Positions 22,559 to 31,847 of a stretch of DNA of 64,000 nt are shown one piece after another. The position numbers and the translations under genes were made by a program. How positions within the stretch are numbered: position 1 is the first letter of the stretch; every line of letters begins with the position of its first letter. Source of the DNA: Flavobacteriales bacterium (GTDB taxonomy: Bacteria; Bacteroidota; Bacteroidia; Flavobacteriales_D; UBA2798); assembly GCA_037443205.1 (NCBI GenBank), contig JBBIOU010000012.1:1570-65569 (forward strand), read 5' to 3'. The notes beneath the pieces were generated by a model. It was given only the letters and a program-made list of their open reading frames with translations. It had not been told where the DNA came from and ran no database searches.

Positions 22559-23473
22559 ATGAATATACTCATTACGGGAGGTTTAGGTTTTATTGGCTCG
22601 CATTGTGCCGAAAAATTATTTAAAAAAAAACATCATATTACTATAATCACACGTGAATTAAACATACCTCATAATTTAAAAAAAATTAAAAATGATTTAA
22701 ATATTATTCAAGCTGATTATTCGGATAAAAGAATACTAAATGATATTTTAAATAAAATTGACATAATCATTCATACCGCCTGCACAACAGTTCCCGAAAA
22801 TTCCACCATAAATCCACAATATGATATAGAAACCAATGTTATACCTACCCTAAATTTAATACAAAGCAGCCTGCATCATTCCATAAAAAAATTTATATTC
22901 TTATCCTCCGGAGGTGTAATTTATGGCAACACAAATACTAAATATATTAACGAAAAAACACTGACTTATCCCATCTCATCATATGGTATAACAAAACTAA
23001 TGATAGAAAAATATTTATATATGTACCGTATAATTGAAAATTTTAATTACCTCACGCTGCGCATCTCAAATGCTTATGGTCCGGGGCAGTTATATAAAAA
23101 TAATCAGGGCGTTATCAGCAACTGGATTAATAAAGCAAAGTTGAATTTACCTTTAGAGATATGGGGAAATGAAAAAATTACCAGAGATTACATCTATATT
23201 GATGATATCACTGAAGCTATTGAACGTAGTTTAAACCAGAATGTTAAAGGCGAGTATAATATTGGCAGCGGTAAAGGCACATCACTGATTAGTTTGGCTA
23301 AACTCATTATAAAATCAGTATCAAGTAAATCTCAAATAAAAATTATTTCGGATAGCGAGCGAAAATTTGACATACTGAGCAATATTTTAGATTATACCGA
23401 ATTTAATAAGCATACCGGTTGGTTACCTAAAACGAGTCTTGCTGAAGGTATAAAAAAATGTTTGGAGTATTAA
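22559..23473 (+). CDS. NAD-dependent epimerase/dehydratase
   Basis: ITGGLGFIG, SSGGVIYG, YGITK and RDYIYIDD motifs. Confidence 0.88.
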   Translation: MNILITGGLGFIGSHCAEKLFKKKHHITIITRELNIPHNLKKIKNDLNIIQADYSDKRILNDILNKIDIIIHTACTTVPENSTINPQYDIETNVIPTLNLIQSSLHHSIKKFIFLSSGGVIYGNTNTKYINEKTLTYPISSYGITKLMIEKYLYMYRIIENFNYLTLRISNAYGPGQLYKNNQGVISNWINKAKLNLPLEIWGNEKITRDYIYIDDITEAIERSLNQNVKGEYNIGSGKGTSLISLAKLIIKSVSSKSQIKIISDSERKFDILSNILDYTEFNKHTGWLPKTSLAEGIKKCLEY

Positions 23474-24837
23474 TATTTTTTTGTTTTCCATAGATGTTCA
23501 ATAATAAACAATCCGCCAACCAAAAAAGGTATAAGCGGAATTTTAAATCGCACCAAGGCGCCAAAATTAGACGTTGTTAATCCTACAATAAACGCGAAAA
23601 AAACTGAAAATAAAAAACAGTAAAAAAGTAATGGGTTTTTTACTATAAGTTTTATGGCATAAATAATTCGGGTTTTAAAAAGTATATAAATGGTAAAAAA
23701 TAAAATTAAAAAATTCTCAATACCGGCCAGTAATAAAACTACACTCCCGCCCTCCCATATAAATGGACGAAACAATCCGGCAATGGTAGCTGCCGGAAAT
23801 AAACGAAATGCTCCGGGTATGGTTCCGTCATAATTTCCTATATCAAAACTTGCTCCACCGTAATATGCTTGCTTTAAATCCATTTGTGCTTCGGCAGCTG
23901 TTTTAAGTGCATTATCCAAAGAAAATTTATCTAAACTATCGCCTAAACTCATCAATACAACATAACTCAATAATCCTAAACCAAAAATAAGCATAGGCAT
24001 AAACAACATAATAATAAACCCGTTTCTCAGTTTGATTATTCGATTATAAAATATCCATAATAGCGTGCCCGGAAACAACACCATAAATATATATGGCTTA
24101 ATCTTTATAATTAAAAACAATCCGATGAGCAGCATAATAATATTGCCGATAGTTTTCTTTTTAATGATAAAAACCTGATGTGTATAATATACAACCAAGG
24201 CAGTACCATACATGGTAAATGTATCTTTTAATATACCTGTTCCCCAAAATAATAATGAAGGAAAATACAATACGGCAAATGCCAATCGGGATTTTATTTC
24301 GGGATAGTATCTGTAAAAAAGTCTGTACAATCTCCATACACCACCATATGTTATAAACGAAACTAAAATAGAGGTAAGCAAATAACTTTTATTAGTTAAA
24401 ATGGTAAGCGGGCTAATAAGTCTTATTACCATGAAAGTTTTTGAATCGTAAAACAAATAACTGTATGGATAACCGGTAGTATCGTCAAATAAAGATCTTA
24501 TTTCCTGTGTAGGTGCTGAAAACAATACTTTAAAATACGACTCCGGGTCTTTATAAAAAAGATTGGCCATTGCCATAGATGACTCAAAATATGCCAAAGT
24601 ATCTCCACCACCGTAATAATAGATATATATTAAACAAAAAACTACTACTCCAAACATTCTGGCATATAAACCCAACATATAATACTGATACTCGGGATAC
24701 TTATGAATGTTTTTAATTTTTCGGTATGAACCAATTAAAAAAATAATTAATACCAGCAAAGGCAATATAGCTACATCCCAAAATTGAACCGTAGTAACCT
24801 GCTCGTATTCCCATATTTCTTTAATAACTGTATTCAA
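23470..24837 (-). CDS. Polytopic membrane protein, putative GT-C fold (Wzy polymerase or glycan transferase)
   Basis: About 11 TM segments with YYGGGDT..Y loop, FPSLLFWGTGILKD and C-terminal NFGALVRFKIP; lies inside the glycan locus. Confidence 0.55.
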   Translation of the reverse strand: MNTVIKEIWEYEQVTTVQFWDVAILPLLVLIIFLIGSYRKIKNIHKYPEYQYYMLGLYARMFGVVVFCLIYIYYYGGGDTLAYFESSMAMANLFYKDPESYFKVLFSAPTQEIRSLFDDTTGYPYSYLFYDSKTFMVIRLISPLTILTNKSYLLTSILVSFITYGGVWRLYRLFYRYYPEIKSRLAFAVLYFPSLLFWGTGILKDTFTMYGTALVVYYTHQVFIIKKKTIGNIIMLLIGLFLIIKIKPYIFMVLFPGTLLWIFYNRIIKLRNGFIIMLFMPMLIFGLGLLSYVVLMSLGDSLDKFSLDNALKTAAEAQMDLKQAYYGGASFDIGNYDGTIPGAFRLFPAATIAGLFRPFIWEGGSVVLLLAGIENFLILFFTIYILFKTRIIYAIKLIVKNPLLFYCFLFSVFFAFIVGLTTSNFGALVRFKIPLIPFLVGGLFIIEHLWKTKKY

Positions 24838-24883
24838 AATATAATGCGTATTTATGCGTAAACTTACTACTTTTATAACAAAA

Positions 24884-25762
24884 ATGAGTCAGCCGGATCA
24901 ATTTCATAAACATTGCTTGGTGTGTCGTAGCACAAAACTTCACACCCTAAGCAAATACCAACATGCATTTCTTAATCAATGTATCAACTGTCGGTTTATA
25001 TTTGCGCTAAAAATACCTGGCGAACAGGATTTAACACTCCACTACACCAATTACCCCAGGTATGATATACTCTCGCCAATTACTATTAAGCGATACCATC
25101 AACTGCTTAATGAATTTGAAAAATACAGACAAACAAATAATATATTAGATATAGGATGCAGCAATGGTTATTTTCTTGAAACTGCAAAACAAAGAGGCTG
25201 GAATGTATACGGCCAGGAATATGCCGATGAATGTATCGAAATATGTAAAAATAAAGGCATCAATATTAAACAGGGATATTTAGAAAATATAAATTTTGAA
25301 AATAATTTTTTTGACATAATTACCAGCTTTGAAGTTATTGAGCACATAAATACACCTGTTACACATACCCAAACAATCTATCGTATATTAAGAAATGGCG
25401 GGCTGTTTTATTTTACTACGCCCAACTTCAACTCTATTAGCCGGAATATTTTAGGTTATAAATGGAATATTATTGAATACCCCGAACACTTATCATATTT
25501 TACTCCCCAAACAATCAAGCATCTGCTTATTCAAAGTAATTTTAAAAAGCTAAAAATCAAAACAACCGGCATTAGTCTGTCGCGCATAAAACAAAGCAAA
25601 TCCAGCTACTCGCACAGCTCTTGTTTAAGTAATAACCCTGATGAAATGTACAGGCAAAAAGCAGAAAAAAATTTATTTTTTAAAATCCTCAAAGACTCAG
25701 TTAACTTTATATTGAACCTGTTTAAAAAAGGCGATACCATTAAAGGTTATTTTGTAAAATAA
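24884..25762 (+). CDS. Class I SAM-dependent methyltransferase with N-terminal CxxC pairs (start 24854 also possible)
   Basis: CLVC...CINC, ILDIGCSNG, FEVIEH, TTPN and PEHLSYF motifs. Confidence 0.85.
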   Translation: MSQPDQFHKHCLVCRSTKLHTLSKYQHAFLNQCINCRFIFALKIPGEQDLTLHYTNYPRYDILSPITIKRYHQLLNEFEKYRQTNNILDIGCSNGYFLETAKQRGWNVYGQEYADECIEICKNKGINIKQGYLENINFENNFFDIITSFEVIEHINTPVTHTQTIYRILRNGGLFYFTTPNFNSISRNILGYKWNIIEYPEHLSYFTPQTIKHLLIQSNFKKLKIKTTGISLSRIKQSKSSYSHSSCLSNNPDEMYRQKAEKNLFFKILKDSVNFILNLFKKGDTIKGYFVK

Positions 25763-25766
25763 AACC

Positions 25767-26231
25767 TTAATGATGATATTTTTCACCTTTTAAAATAGTA
25801 AAAGCTCTGTATAGTTGCTCTGCAAAAATTAAACGAACCATTTGGTGCGTAAAAGTCATTCTAGACAAACTAATCATTTCATTAGCCCTGCTATAAGTAT
25901 CGGGGCTAAACCCATAAGCACCTCCTATAATAAAAACAACACGTTTTATGCCGGCATTTTGTTTTTTGTTAATAAAATCGGCAAATTGTATAGAATTTAA
26001 TTGCTTGCCTTTTTCGTCCAACAAAACAATGTAATCAGAATCCTTTAATTGTTTGATTATCTGCTCATATTCTCTTTGGGTGGCTTGCATATTATTTGTT
26101 GTACTTTTAACATCGGCAAGCTCAGTATATTCTATTGAATTATAATGTTTTATACGGCTTAAATAGTTATTTATGCCTTCTAAAAGATACGCATCCCGTG
26201 TTTTTCCGACTGTTACTAACTTTATTTTCAT
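25767..26231 (-). CDS. rlmH: 23S rRNA pseudouridine1915 N3-methyltransferase
   Basis: LLDEKG, FIIGGAYG and MTFTHQMVRLIFAEQLYRA...YHH motifs. Confidence 0.95.
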   Translation of the reverse strand: MKIKLVTVGKTRDAYLLEGINNYLSRIKHYNSIEYTELADVKSTTNNMQATQREYEQIIKQLKDSDYIVLLDEKGKQLNSIQFADFINKKQNAGIKRVVFIIGGAYGFSPDTYSRANEMISLSRMTFTHQMVRLIFAEQLYRAFTILKGEKYHH

Positions 26232-26302
26232 CGTTTATAATTTATGGTGCTTTTTTATATTTTTGCATAATACAAATAATTGTTAATAAAACATAAGTTT
26301 TA

Positions 26303-26318
26303 TGGCAAGATATTTGCA
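26303..26318 (+). promoter_or_regulatory. Putative sigma54 -24/-12 promoter
   Basis: TGGCAAGATATTTGCA has GG-N10-GC spacing and lies 28 bp upstream of ATG 26347. Confidence 0.6.
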
Positions 26319-26346
26319 AAGTTAATAATCATTAATACGCATTAAA

Positions 26347-26730
26347 ATGAAAACACTGATTATCTCAACGCTTTTTGCCATAGCTGCATTAGCAGTAAAA
26401 GCTCAAACCGATATTACCGACCAGGTTGCAGGCCTTTTAAAAACCGGTAATATCAAAGAGCTGGCTAAACATCTTACAGATAATGTGGATTTAGCTGTTG
26501 GTGATTATGACGATATTGCCAGTAAAGCCCAGTCCGAACAAATTTTAAAAAAGTTTTTCGACAAAAATCAACCGAAAAACTTTACCATTAAACACAAAGG
26601 CAAAACAAGTTTGGGAGTAGAATATCGTATAGGCGAACTCGAAACTTCAGGAGGTAACTTTCGGGTTACTTTTAATCTGAAAGCCGTTGGTGACACCTAC
26701 CAAATTAATCTCTTCAGAGTCGAAAATTAA
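26347..26730 (+). CDS. DUF4783-like exported protein
   Basis: Signal peptide, SKAQSEQILKKFF and F..KHKG...Y.IG.L.T..G.FRV; adjacent to nadC as often seen in Bacteroidota. Confidence 0.75.
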   Translation: MKTLIISTLFAIAALAVKAQTDITDQVAGLLKTGNIKELAKHLTDNVDLAVGDYDDIASKAQSEQILKKFFDKNQPKNFTIKHKGKTSLGVEYRIGELETSGGNFRVTFNLKAVGDTYQINLFRVEN

Positions 26731-26759
26731 TTAGTTTTAAATAAATATCATGACCTTCG

Positions 26760-26786
26760 GGCACGCAAAAAAGCGTGCCTTTTTTT
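26760..26786 (+). terminator. Intrinsic terminator
   Basis: GGCACGC-AAAAAA-GCGTGCC followed by T7. Confidence 0.8.
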
Positions 26787-26833
26787 ATGCGCAATTATTT
26801 AGCCAACTGCCTTATTATTTATAGTTTTGCCTG

Positions 26834-27667
26834 ATGAATCTGAATGAATTTATTCAAGCCGCACTTGCCGAAGATGTTGGCAGCGGAGATCACACTTCGA
26901 TGGCCTGCATAAACACCAATGTTGAAAGCAGTGCTAAACTTTTGATTAAAGAAGATGGAATTATTGCCGGAATAGAAATTGCCCGCGAAATATTTAAACA
27001 GGTAGATGACAACTTGGTATTTAAACAAATAATAAATGATGGACAACAAGTTAAAAAAGGTGATATCGCATTTTATGTATCCGGCTCGCCTATCAGCATT
27101 TTAACAGCCGAAAGAGTTGTGCTCAATATTATGCAACGCATGAGCGGAATTGCCACACAAACCAACTTACTGGTAAACGAATTAAAAGGTTTACAAACCA
27201 AAATACTCGACACCCGAAAAACCACTCCTTTATTGCGTTTTATAGAAAAACAAGCCGTAAAAATTGGCGGGGGGTATAACCATAGATTTGGCCTGTATGA
27301 CATGATTTTGATAAAAGATAATCACATTGACTTTAGCGGGGGTATAAAAAAAGCCATAGAAAACACACAAGCCTATCTCTTAAATAATAATCTGAATTTA
27401 AAAATAGAAATTGAAACCAGAAACATTGACGAAGTAATGCAAGTTTTAAACATCGGTGGTGTTCACAGAATTATGCTTGATAATTATGATATTGATACAC
27501 TTGCAAAGGCTGTAAAATTAATAGGAGGAAAATACGAAACCGAAGCATCTGGCGGAATAACCCTCAATAACATTCGTCAGTATGCCGAAACCGGTGTAAA
27601 TTATATCTCTGTAGGCTCTATAACACATTCAGTAAAATGCTTAGATCTTAGTTTAAAGGCATGTTGA
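26834..27667 (+). CDS. nadC: Nicotinate-nucleotide pyrophosphorylase (quinolinate phosphoribosyltransferase)
   Basis: DTRKTTP, NHRFGL.DMILIKDNH, IMLDN and EASGGI motifs. Confidence 0.96.
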   Translation: MNLNEFIQAALAEDVGSGDHTSMACINTNVESSAKLLIKEDGIIAGIEIAREIFKQVDDNLVFKQIINDGQQVKKGDIAFYVSGSPISILTAERVVLNIMQRMSGIATQTNLLVNELKGLQTKILDTRKTTPLLRFIEKQAVKIGGGYNHRFGLYDMILIKDNHIDFSGGIKKAIENTQAYLLNNNLNLKIEIETRNIDEVMQVLNIGGVHRIMLDNYDIDTLAKAVKLIGGKYETEASGGITLNNIRQYAETGVNYISVGSITHSVKCLDLSLKAC

Positions 27668-28617
27668 AACATTTTTATCAAAAAATATTAATTAAATTTA
27701 TACACAGAACCCGAAGCATTAATTTACCGGGCAACCAGGGAGTGTCGCTCTACTCGGCCGGTTATTTCTTTATCAACGGACTTAAAAATAATCTGATTGC
27801 TCAACGCGCTGCTTCAATTACATTTAGATTTTTTTTAGCCCTTTTTCCTCTCATCATATTCTTGTTTTCAGTAGTACCCTACATACCTATAAAAAATTTT
27901 CACGAAAACATTCTTAACAATATACACAGTTTCTTTCCCGATGAAGTGTATTTATTTTTCGAAAGTTTTTTATACGACCTGATTAAAAAGAAACACTCGG
28001 TTTTACTATCGGTAGGTTTTTTGCTTACTATATATTTTTCGGCTAATGGAATTAGCGCCTTGCTGAATACCCTGAACCAAAGTAACCAACATACCGGCAA
28101 ACGAAATTTTTTTAAACAATGGCTCTGGTCTCTCACGCTGCTTATCTTGTTTTTTATACTATCTACGCTGGTAACACTGGTTTCAGGTTTTGGAACCACC
28201 ATCATCAATTATCTTTTCAACCGAGAAATAATCAGCGGTAATACAGCTTATTATTTGATTTGGACAATTAAATCTTTATTATCTTTACTGATCATGTACA
28301 TGCTAATATCTGTAATCTACAACATAGCCGATACCGGCAAAACAAAATGGAAACTTTTTACAGCCGGAGCCTTTGCAGGAACAGTATTGATACTATTGCT
28401 TAAAGAAGGTTTCTCGTTTTATGTTACACACATTGCCAATTTCAGCAAAATATACGGGCATCTGGGTGCTGCATTGGCATTTATGCTGTTTATGTATTAT
28501 CTGTTTTATCTGTTGATTATAGGATACGAATTAAACAATAGTCTTAACTCAGCTAAATTAAACTCATCAAAATACCCTAAACCATCCGCTACTAAAAACA
28601 TATCTAACCCCAGGTAA
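27661..28617 (+). CDS. YihY/BrkB family membrane protein
   Basis: RAASITFRFFLALFP, about 6 TM segments, FSKIYG.LGA and G.ELN motifs. Confidence 0.85.
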   Translation: MLKHFYQKILIKFIHRTRSINLPGNQGVSLYSAGYFFINGLKNNLIAQRAASITFRFFLALFPLIIFLFSVVPYIPIKNFHENILNNIHSFFPDEVYLFFESFLYDLIKKKHSVLLSVGFLLTIYFSANGISALLNTLNQSNQHTGKRNFFKQWLWSLTLLILFFILSTLVTLVSGFGTTIINYLFNREIISGNTAYYLIWTIKSLLSLLIMYMLISVIYNIADTGKTKWKLFTAGAFAGTVLILLLKEGFSFYVTHIANFSKIYGHLGAALAFMLFMYYLFYLLIIGYELNNSLNSAKLNSSKYPKPSATKNISNPR

Positions 28618-28618
28618 T

Positions 28619-31600
28619 ATGAAAATAAAACTCCTTCTATCCATATTATTTCAGATAATTTACCTAGCAGCAAGCCTTGGTCAATTTTACGATCCTCTGC
28701 TGCCGCCCAATACTTATCAAAGCAAAGGAAACCCACATTACTGGAAAAACCGCATACCGCATCCGGGCTATTGGCAACAAGATGTACATTATACCATCCG
28801 TGCAAATATTGACGAAACAAAACACATCATTGAGGCAGAACTTACTTTGGTTTATACCAATAATTCACCCGATGATTTAAACTATGTTTTCTTTCATTTA
28901 TATCAGGAAGCTTTTCAACCCGGCTCCTATTACGACAAACTAAGCAGGGCAAACGGCTTAAAACCAAATTATGGACGTTACGAAACCGAAGGAAAAGGTA
29001 CAGAAGTAGATTACATTGTTGTTGACGGCAAAGAATTAAAAACCGAACAAGATAATACTATCTTAAAAGTATTTTTAAATAAACCCATAGCAAGCGGAAC
29101 CAGTGAAACTTTTAAAGTTAAATTTAAAACATATTTTGACGGCAGTAATGGTGTTGGCAGGCGTTTTAAAAAATTTAATACTGCCGGATATACCCACTAC
29201 GATGGCGTACATTGGTATCCCAGAATATGTGTTTACGATCGAAAATTCGGCTGGTGTACAGACCAACACCTGGGCAAAGAATTTTATGGTGATTTCGGAT
29301 GTTATGACGTTGAACTAACCTTTTCTGATAATTACATTGTTGAAGCCACCGGTAATTTAATTAACCGGGATGAAGTACTACCGGAAGAACTAAGAAAAAA
29401 ACTCGATATAAAAAACTTTACGCAACCAATATATGAAAATGAAATAAGTGAAATTATACCCTACACACCTTCAAAAAGAAAAACATGGAAATATCACGCT
29501 GAAAATGTACATGATTTTGCCTTTACTGCCGACCCTACATACCGTATTGGCGAAGCCACCTGGAATGGAATAACCTGCATCTCCCTGGCACAGGAACACC
29601 ATGCCTGGAAATGGCAAAATGCTGCCGAATATGCAGCCAAAGTTATTCAGGTTTATTCTGAAGATTTTGGTATGTACGTATATCATAAAATAGTGGTTGC
29701 TGATGCACGTGACGGAATGGAATACCCCATGATTACACTGGACGGAGGTTATGACCCGGATTACAGAGGTTTACTGGCCCACGAAATCGGTCACAACTGG
29801 TTTTTCGGGCAGGTAGGCAATAACGAAACTTACCGCGCCTGTCTGGACGAAGGATTTACCCAATTTCTTACTGCCTGGAGCCTGCAAAAAATTGATGGTG
29901 ATACTATAATTAAATCAAGACCCGACAATTGGTACGAAAATAAATATAAAAGATATGAAACTGTACGCGAAACCAGCGTATATACACGCTATTTGTCAGA
30001 TGCAATCAAAGGAGAAGATATTTATTTAAATACACACTCGGATGATTTTCAAAGTACCGAACGCCACGGTGCAGGTTACAGGCATGTTTATTTTAAAACA
30101 GCTACAATGCTCTATAATTTGCAATATGTGTTGGGTGACGAACTATTTTTATCAGCCATGCAACATTACTTTAACCAATGGAAAATTGCACATCCCTATA
30201 TAGAAGACTTCAGAAATTCTATTATTCAATTCACTAAAGTTGACTTAAACTGGTTTTTCGATCAATGGTTCGAAACCAAAAAAAACATAGATTATGCCGT
30301 ATGTTCTGCTAAATATGGCGACACCGAAAACCAATATAAAATAAAATTCAAACGCATCGGAGAGATGCAAATGCCTATTGATTTTGCTGTAGTGGGTAAA
30401 AATGATTCCTTATATTTTTTTCATATTCCAAATACCTGGTTTGTAAAAAAAACAAATGCTGTGGTTTTACCTAAGTGGACCGGTTGGGGAAAATTAAATA
30501 CTACCTACGAAGCCACAATTACCTTACCGGCCGGCATAAAAGATGTTATTATTGACCCCAGCAACCGGCTGGCTGATGTAGATAGATTAAACAACAAACT
30601 AAGTTTCCCGGCAACATTCAATTTCGATTCGCATATTTACAACTTGCCAGATATATACAATTATGAAGTTTTTGTTAGACCTGAGCTGTGGTATAATGGT
30701 TTTGACGGAATGAAAATTGGCTTTCATGCCAATGGAAATTATATGAACTATAAACATATTTTTAGTTTAAGTGCCTGGTATAATACAGGTATGTTGCGAA
30801 GACTACCCGCTTATATACCTCAATTTGACGGAGTAAACAATCAGTTCGATCCTTTTTCGGTTGCACTAACATACAAAACAGGCACCAACAGAATTGTAGA
30901 AAAATCAAATATATTTATTGAAGGAAAAATATTAGACGGTTTAAAAGCATCGCTTTTTGGATGGGAAAAATGGAGCAGAAACAACCAATTGCGTTTTTAT
31001 GCTTATTATAAGCTGATGTTGCGCACCGATACCGCTTCTACCTACTACTTGCTTTACCCGCAGGAATGGGGAATAGCTAAATACAATACCACTATAAACC
31101 TGGGTATAGATAAAATGTACACTTATCACGGAGGAAGCGGGCATGTGAACATACATTTAAGAAGCTCGTCATTAGGCAGCGACTATCATTTTTCACAACT
31201 CACCTTTACAAGTATTCAACGCACCCGTATATGGCGTACACAACTAAATACCCGCATTTTTGCACAATATGGAACAGGCACTTCGCTACCCCGCGAGTCT
31301 GCATTGTTTGTGGCAGGTGCCAACCCCGAAGAAATGATGGAAAATAAATATATGCGCAGCATAGGATTTTTTGATTACAACTGGCAAGGATTGGGCAATA
31401 ATACCAATCACTTACAATTTGGCGGTGGCTTAAACCTGAGAGGATATGCCGGTTATCTGCTTCCCGAGCAAGATAGTTTATTTAACATCAGCTACCATTA
31501 TGCCGGAAATTCTGGAGCTTCGGTTAGCGTTGAATGGGATTTACAAAAAATAATTCGCTGGAAACCGCGCAAATTAAGCAACTATCTTGGCTTAGATGTT

Positions 31601-31843
31601 TATGTATTTACTGATGCAGGTATACTAAATAAAGAAATAAACGGAAACAGACTGAATTTTGCATCATTTAGAGTTGATGCAGGTATAGGCACCGCACTTA
31701 GCATTAAAAAATTCGGACCGCTAACAAATATTAAACCGCTGGTGATACGATTTGATATGCCATTATTTTTAAACAGATTGCCTTATCTGCAAGATAACTA
31801 CTTTGCCTTTAGATGGTTATTGGGAATAAGCAGAAGTTTTTAG
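28619..31843 (+). CDS. M1 family zinc aminopeptidase fused to a C-terminal Omp85-like beta-barrel
   Basis: Signal peptide, YWQQ, GMEYP and HEIGH-x18-E motifs. The C-terminal region has GGGLNLRGY, YVFTDAG, RVDAGIG and IRFD, and ends in Phe. The peptidase call is strong; the barrel call is moderate. Confidence 0.85.
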   Translation: MKIKLLLSILFQIIYLAASLGQFYDPLLPPNTYQSKGNPHYWKNRIPHPGYWQQDVHYTIRANIDETKHIIEAELTLVYTNNSPDDLNYVFFHLYQEAFQPGSYYDKLSRANGLKPNYGRYETEGKGTEVDYIVVDGKELKTEQDNTILKVFLNKPIASGTSETFKVKFKTYFDGSNGVGRRFKKFNTAGYTHYDGVHWYPRICVYDRKFGWCTDQHLGKEFYGDFGCYDVELTFSDNYIVEATGNLINRDEVLPEELRKKLDIKNFTQPIYENEISEIIPYTPSKRKTWKYHAENVHDFAFTADPTYRIGEATWNGITCISLAQEHHAWKWQNAAEYAAKVIQVYSEDFGMYVYHKIVVADARDGMEYPMITLDGGYDPDYRGLLAHEIGHNWFFGQVGNNETYRACLDEGFTQFLTAWSLQKIDGDTIIKSRPDNWYENKYKRYETVRETSVYTRYLSDAIKGEDIYLNTHSDDFQSTERHGAGYRHVYFKTATMLYNLQYVLGDELFLSAMQHYFNQWKIAHPYIEDFRNSIIQFTKVDLNWFFDQWFETKKNIDYAVCSAKYGDTENQYKIKFKRIGEMQMPIDFAVVGKNDSLYFFHIPNTWFVKKTNAVVLPKWTGWGKLNTTYEATITLPAGIKDVIIDPSNRLADVDRLNNKLSFPATFNFDSHIYNLPDIYNYEVFVRPELWYNGFDGMKIGFHANGNYMNYKHIFSLSAWYNTGMLRRLPAYIPQFDGVNNQFDPFSVALTYKTGTNRIVEKSNIFIEGKILDGLKASLFGWEKWSRNNQLRFYAYYKLMLRTDTASTYYLLYPQEWGIAKYNTTINLGIDKMYTYHGGSGHVNIHLRSSSLGSDYHFSQLTFTSIQRTRIWRTQLNTRIFAQYGTGTSLPRESALFVAGANPEEMMENKYMRSIGFFDYNWQGLGNNTNHLQFGGGLNLRGYAGYLLPEQDSLFNISYHYAGNSGASVSVEWDLQKIIRWKPRKLSNYLGLDVYVFTDAGILNKEINGNRLNFASFRVDAGIGTALSIKKFGPLTNIKPLVIRFDMPLFLNRLPYLQDNYFAFRWLLGISRSF

Positions 31844-31847
31844 TTTG

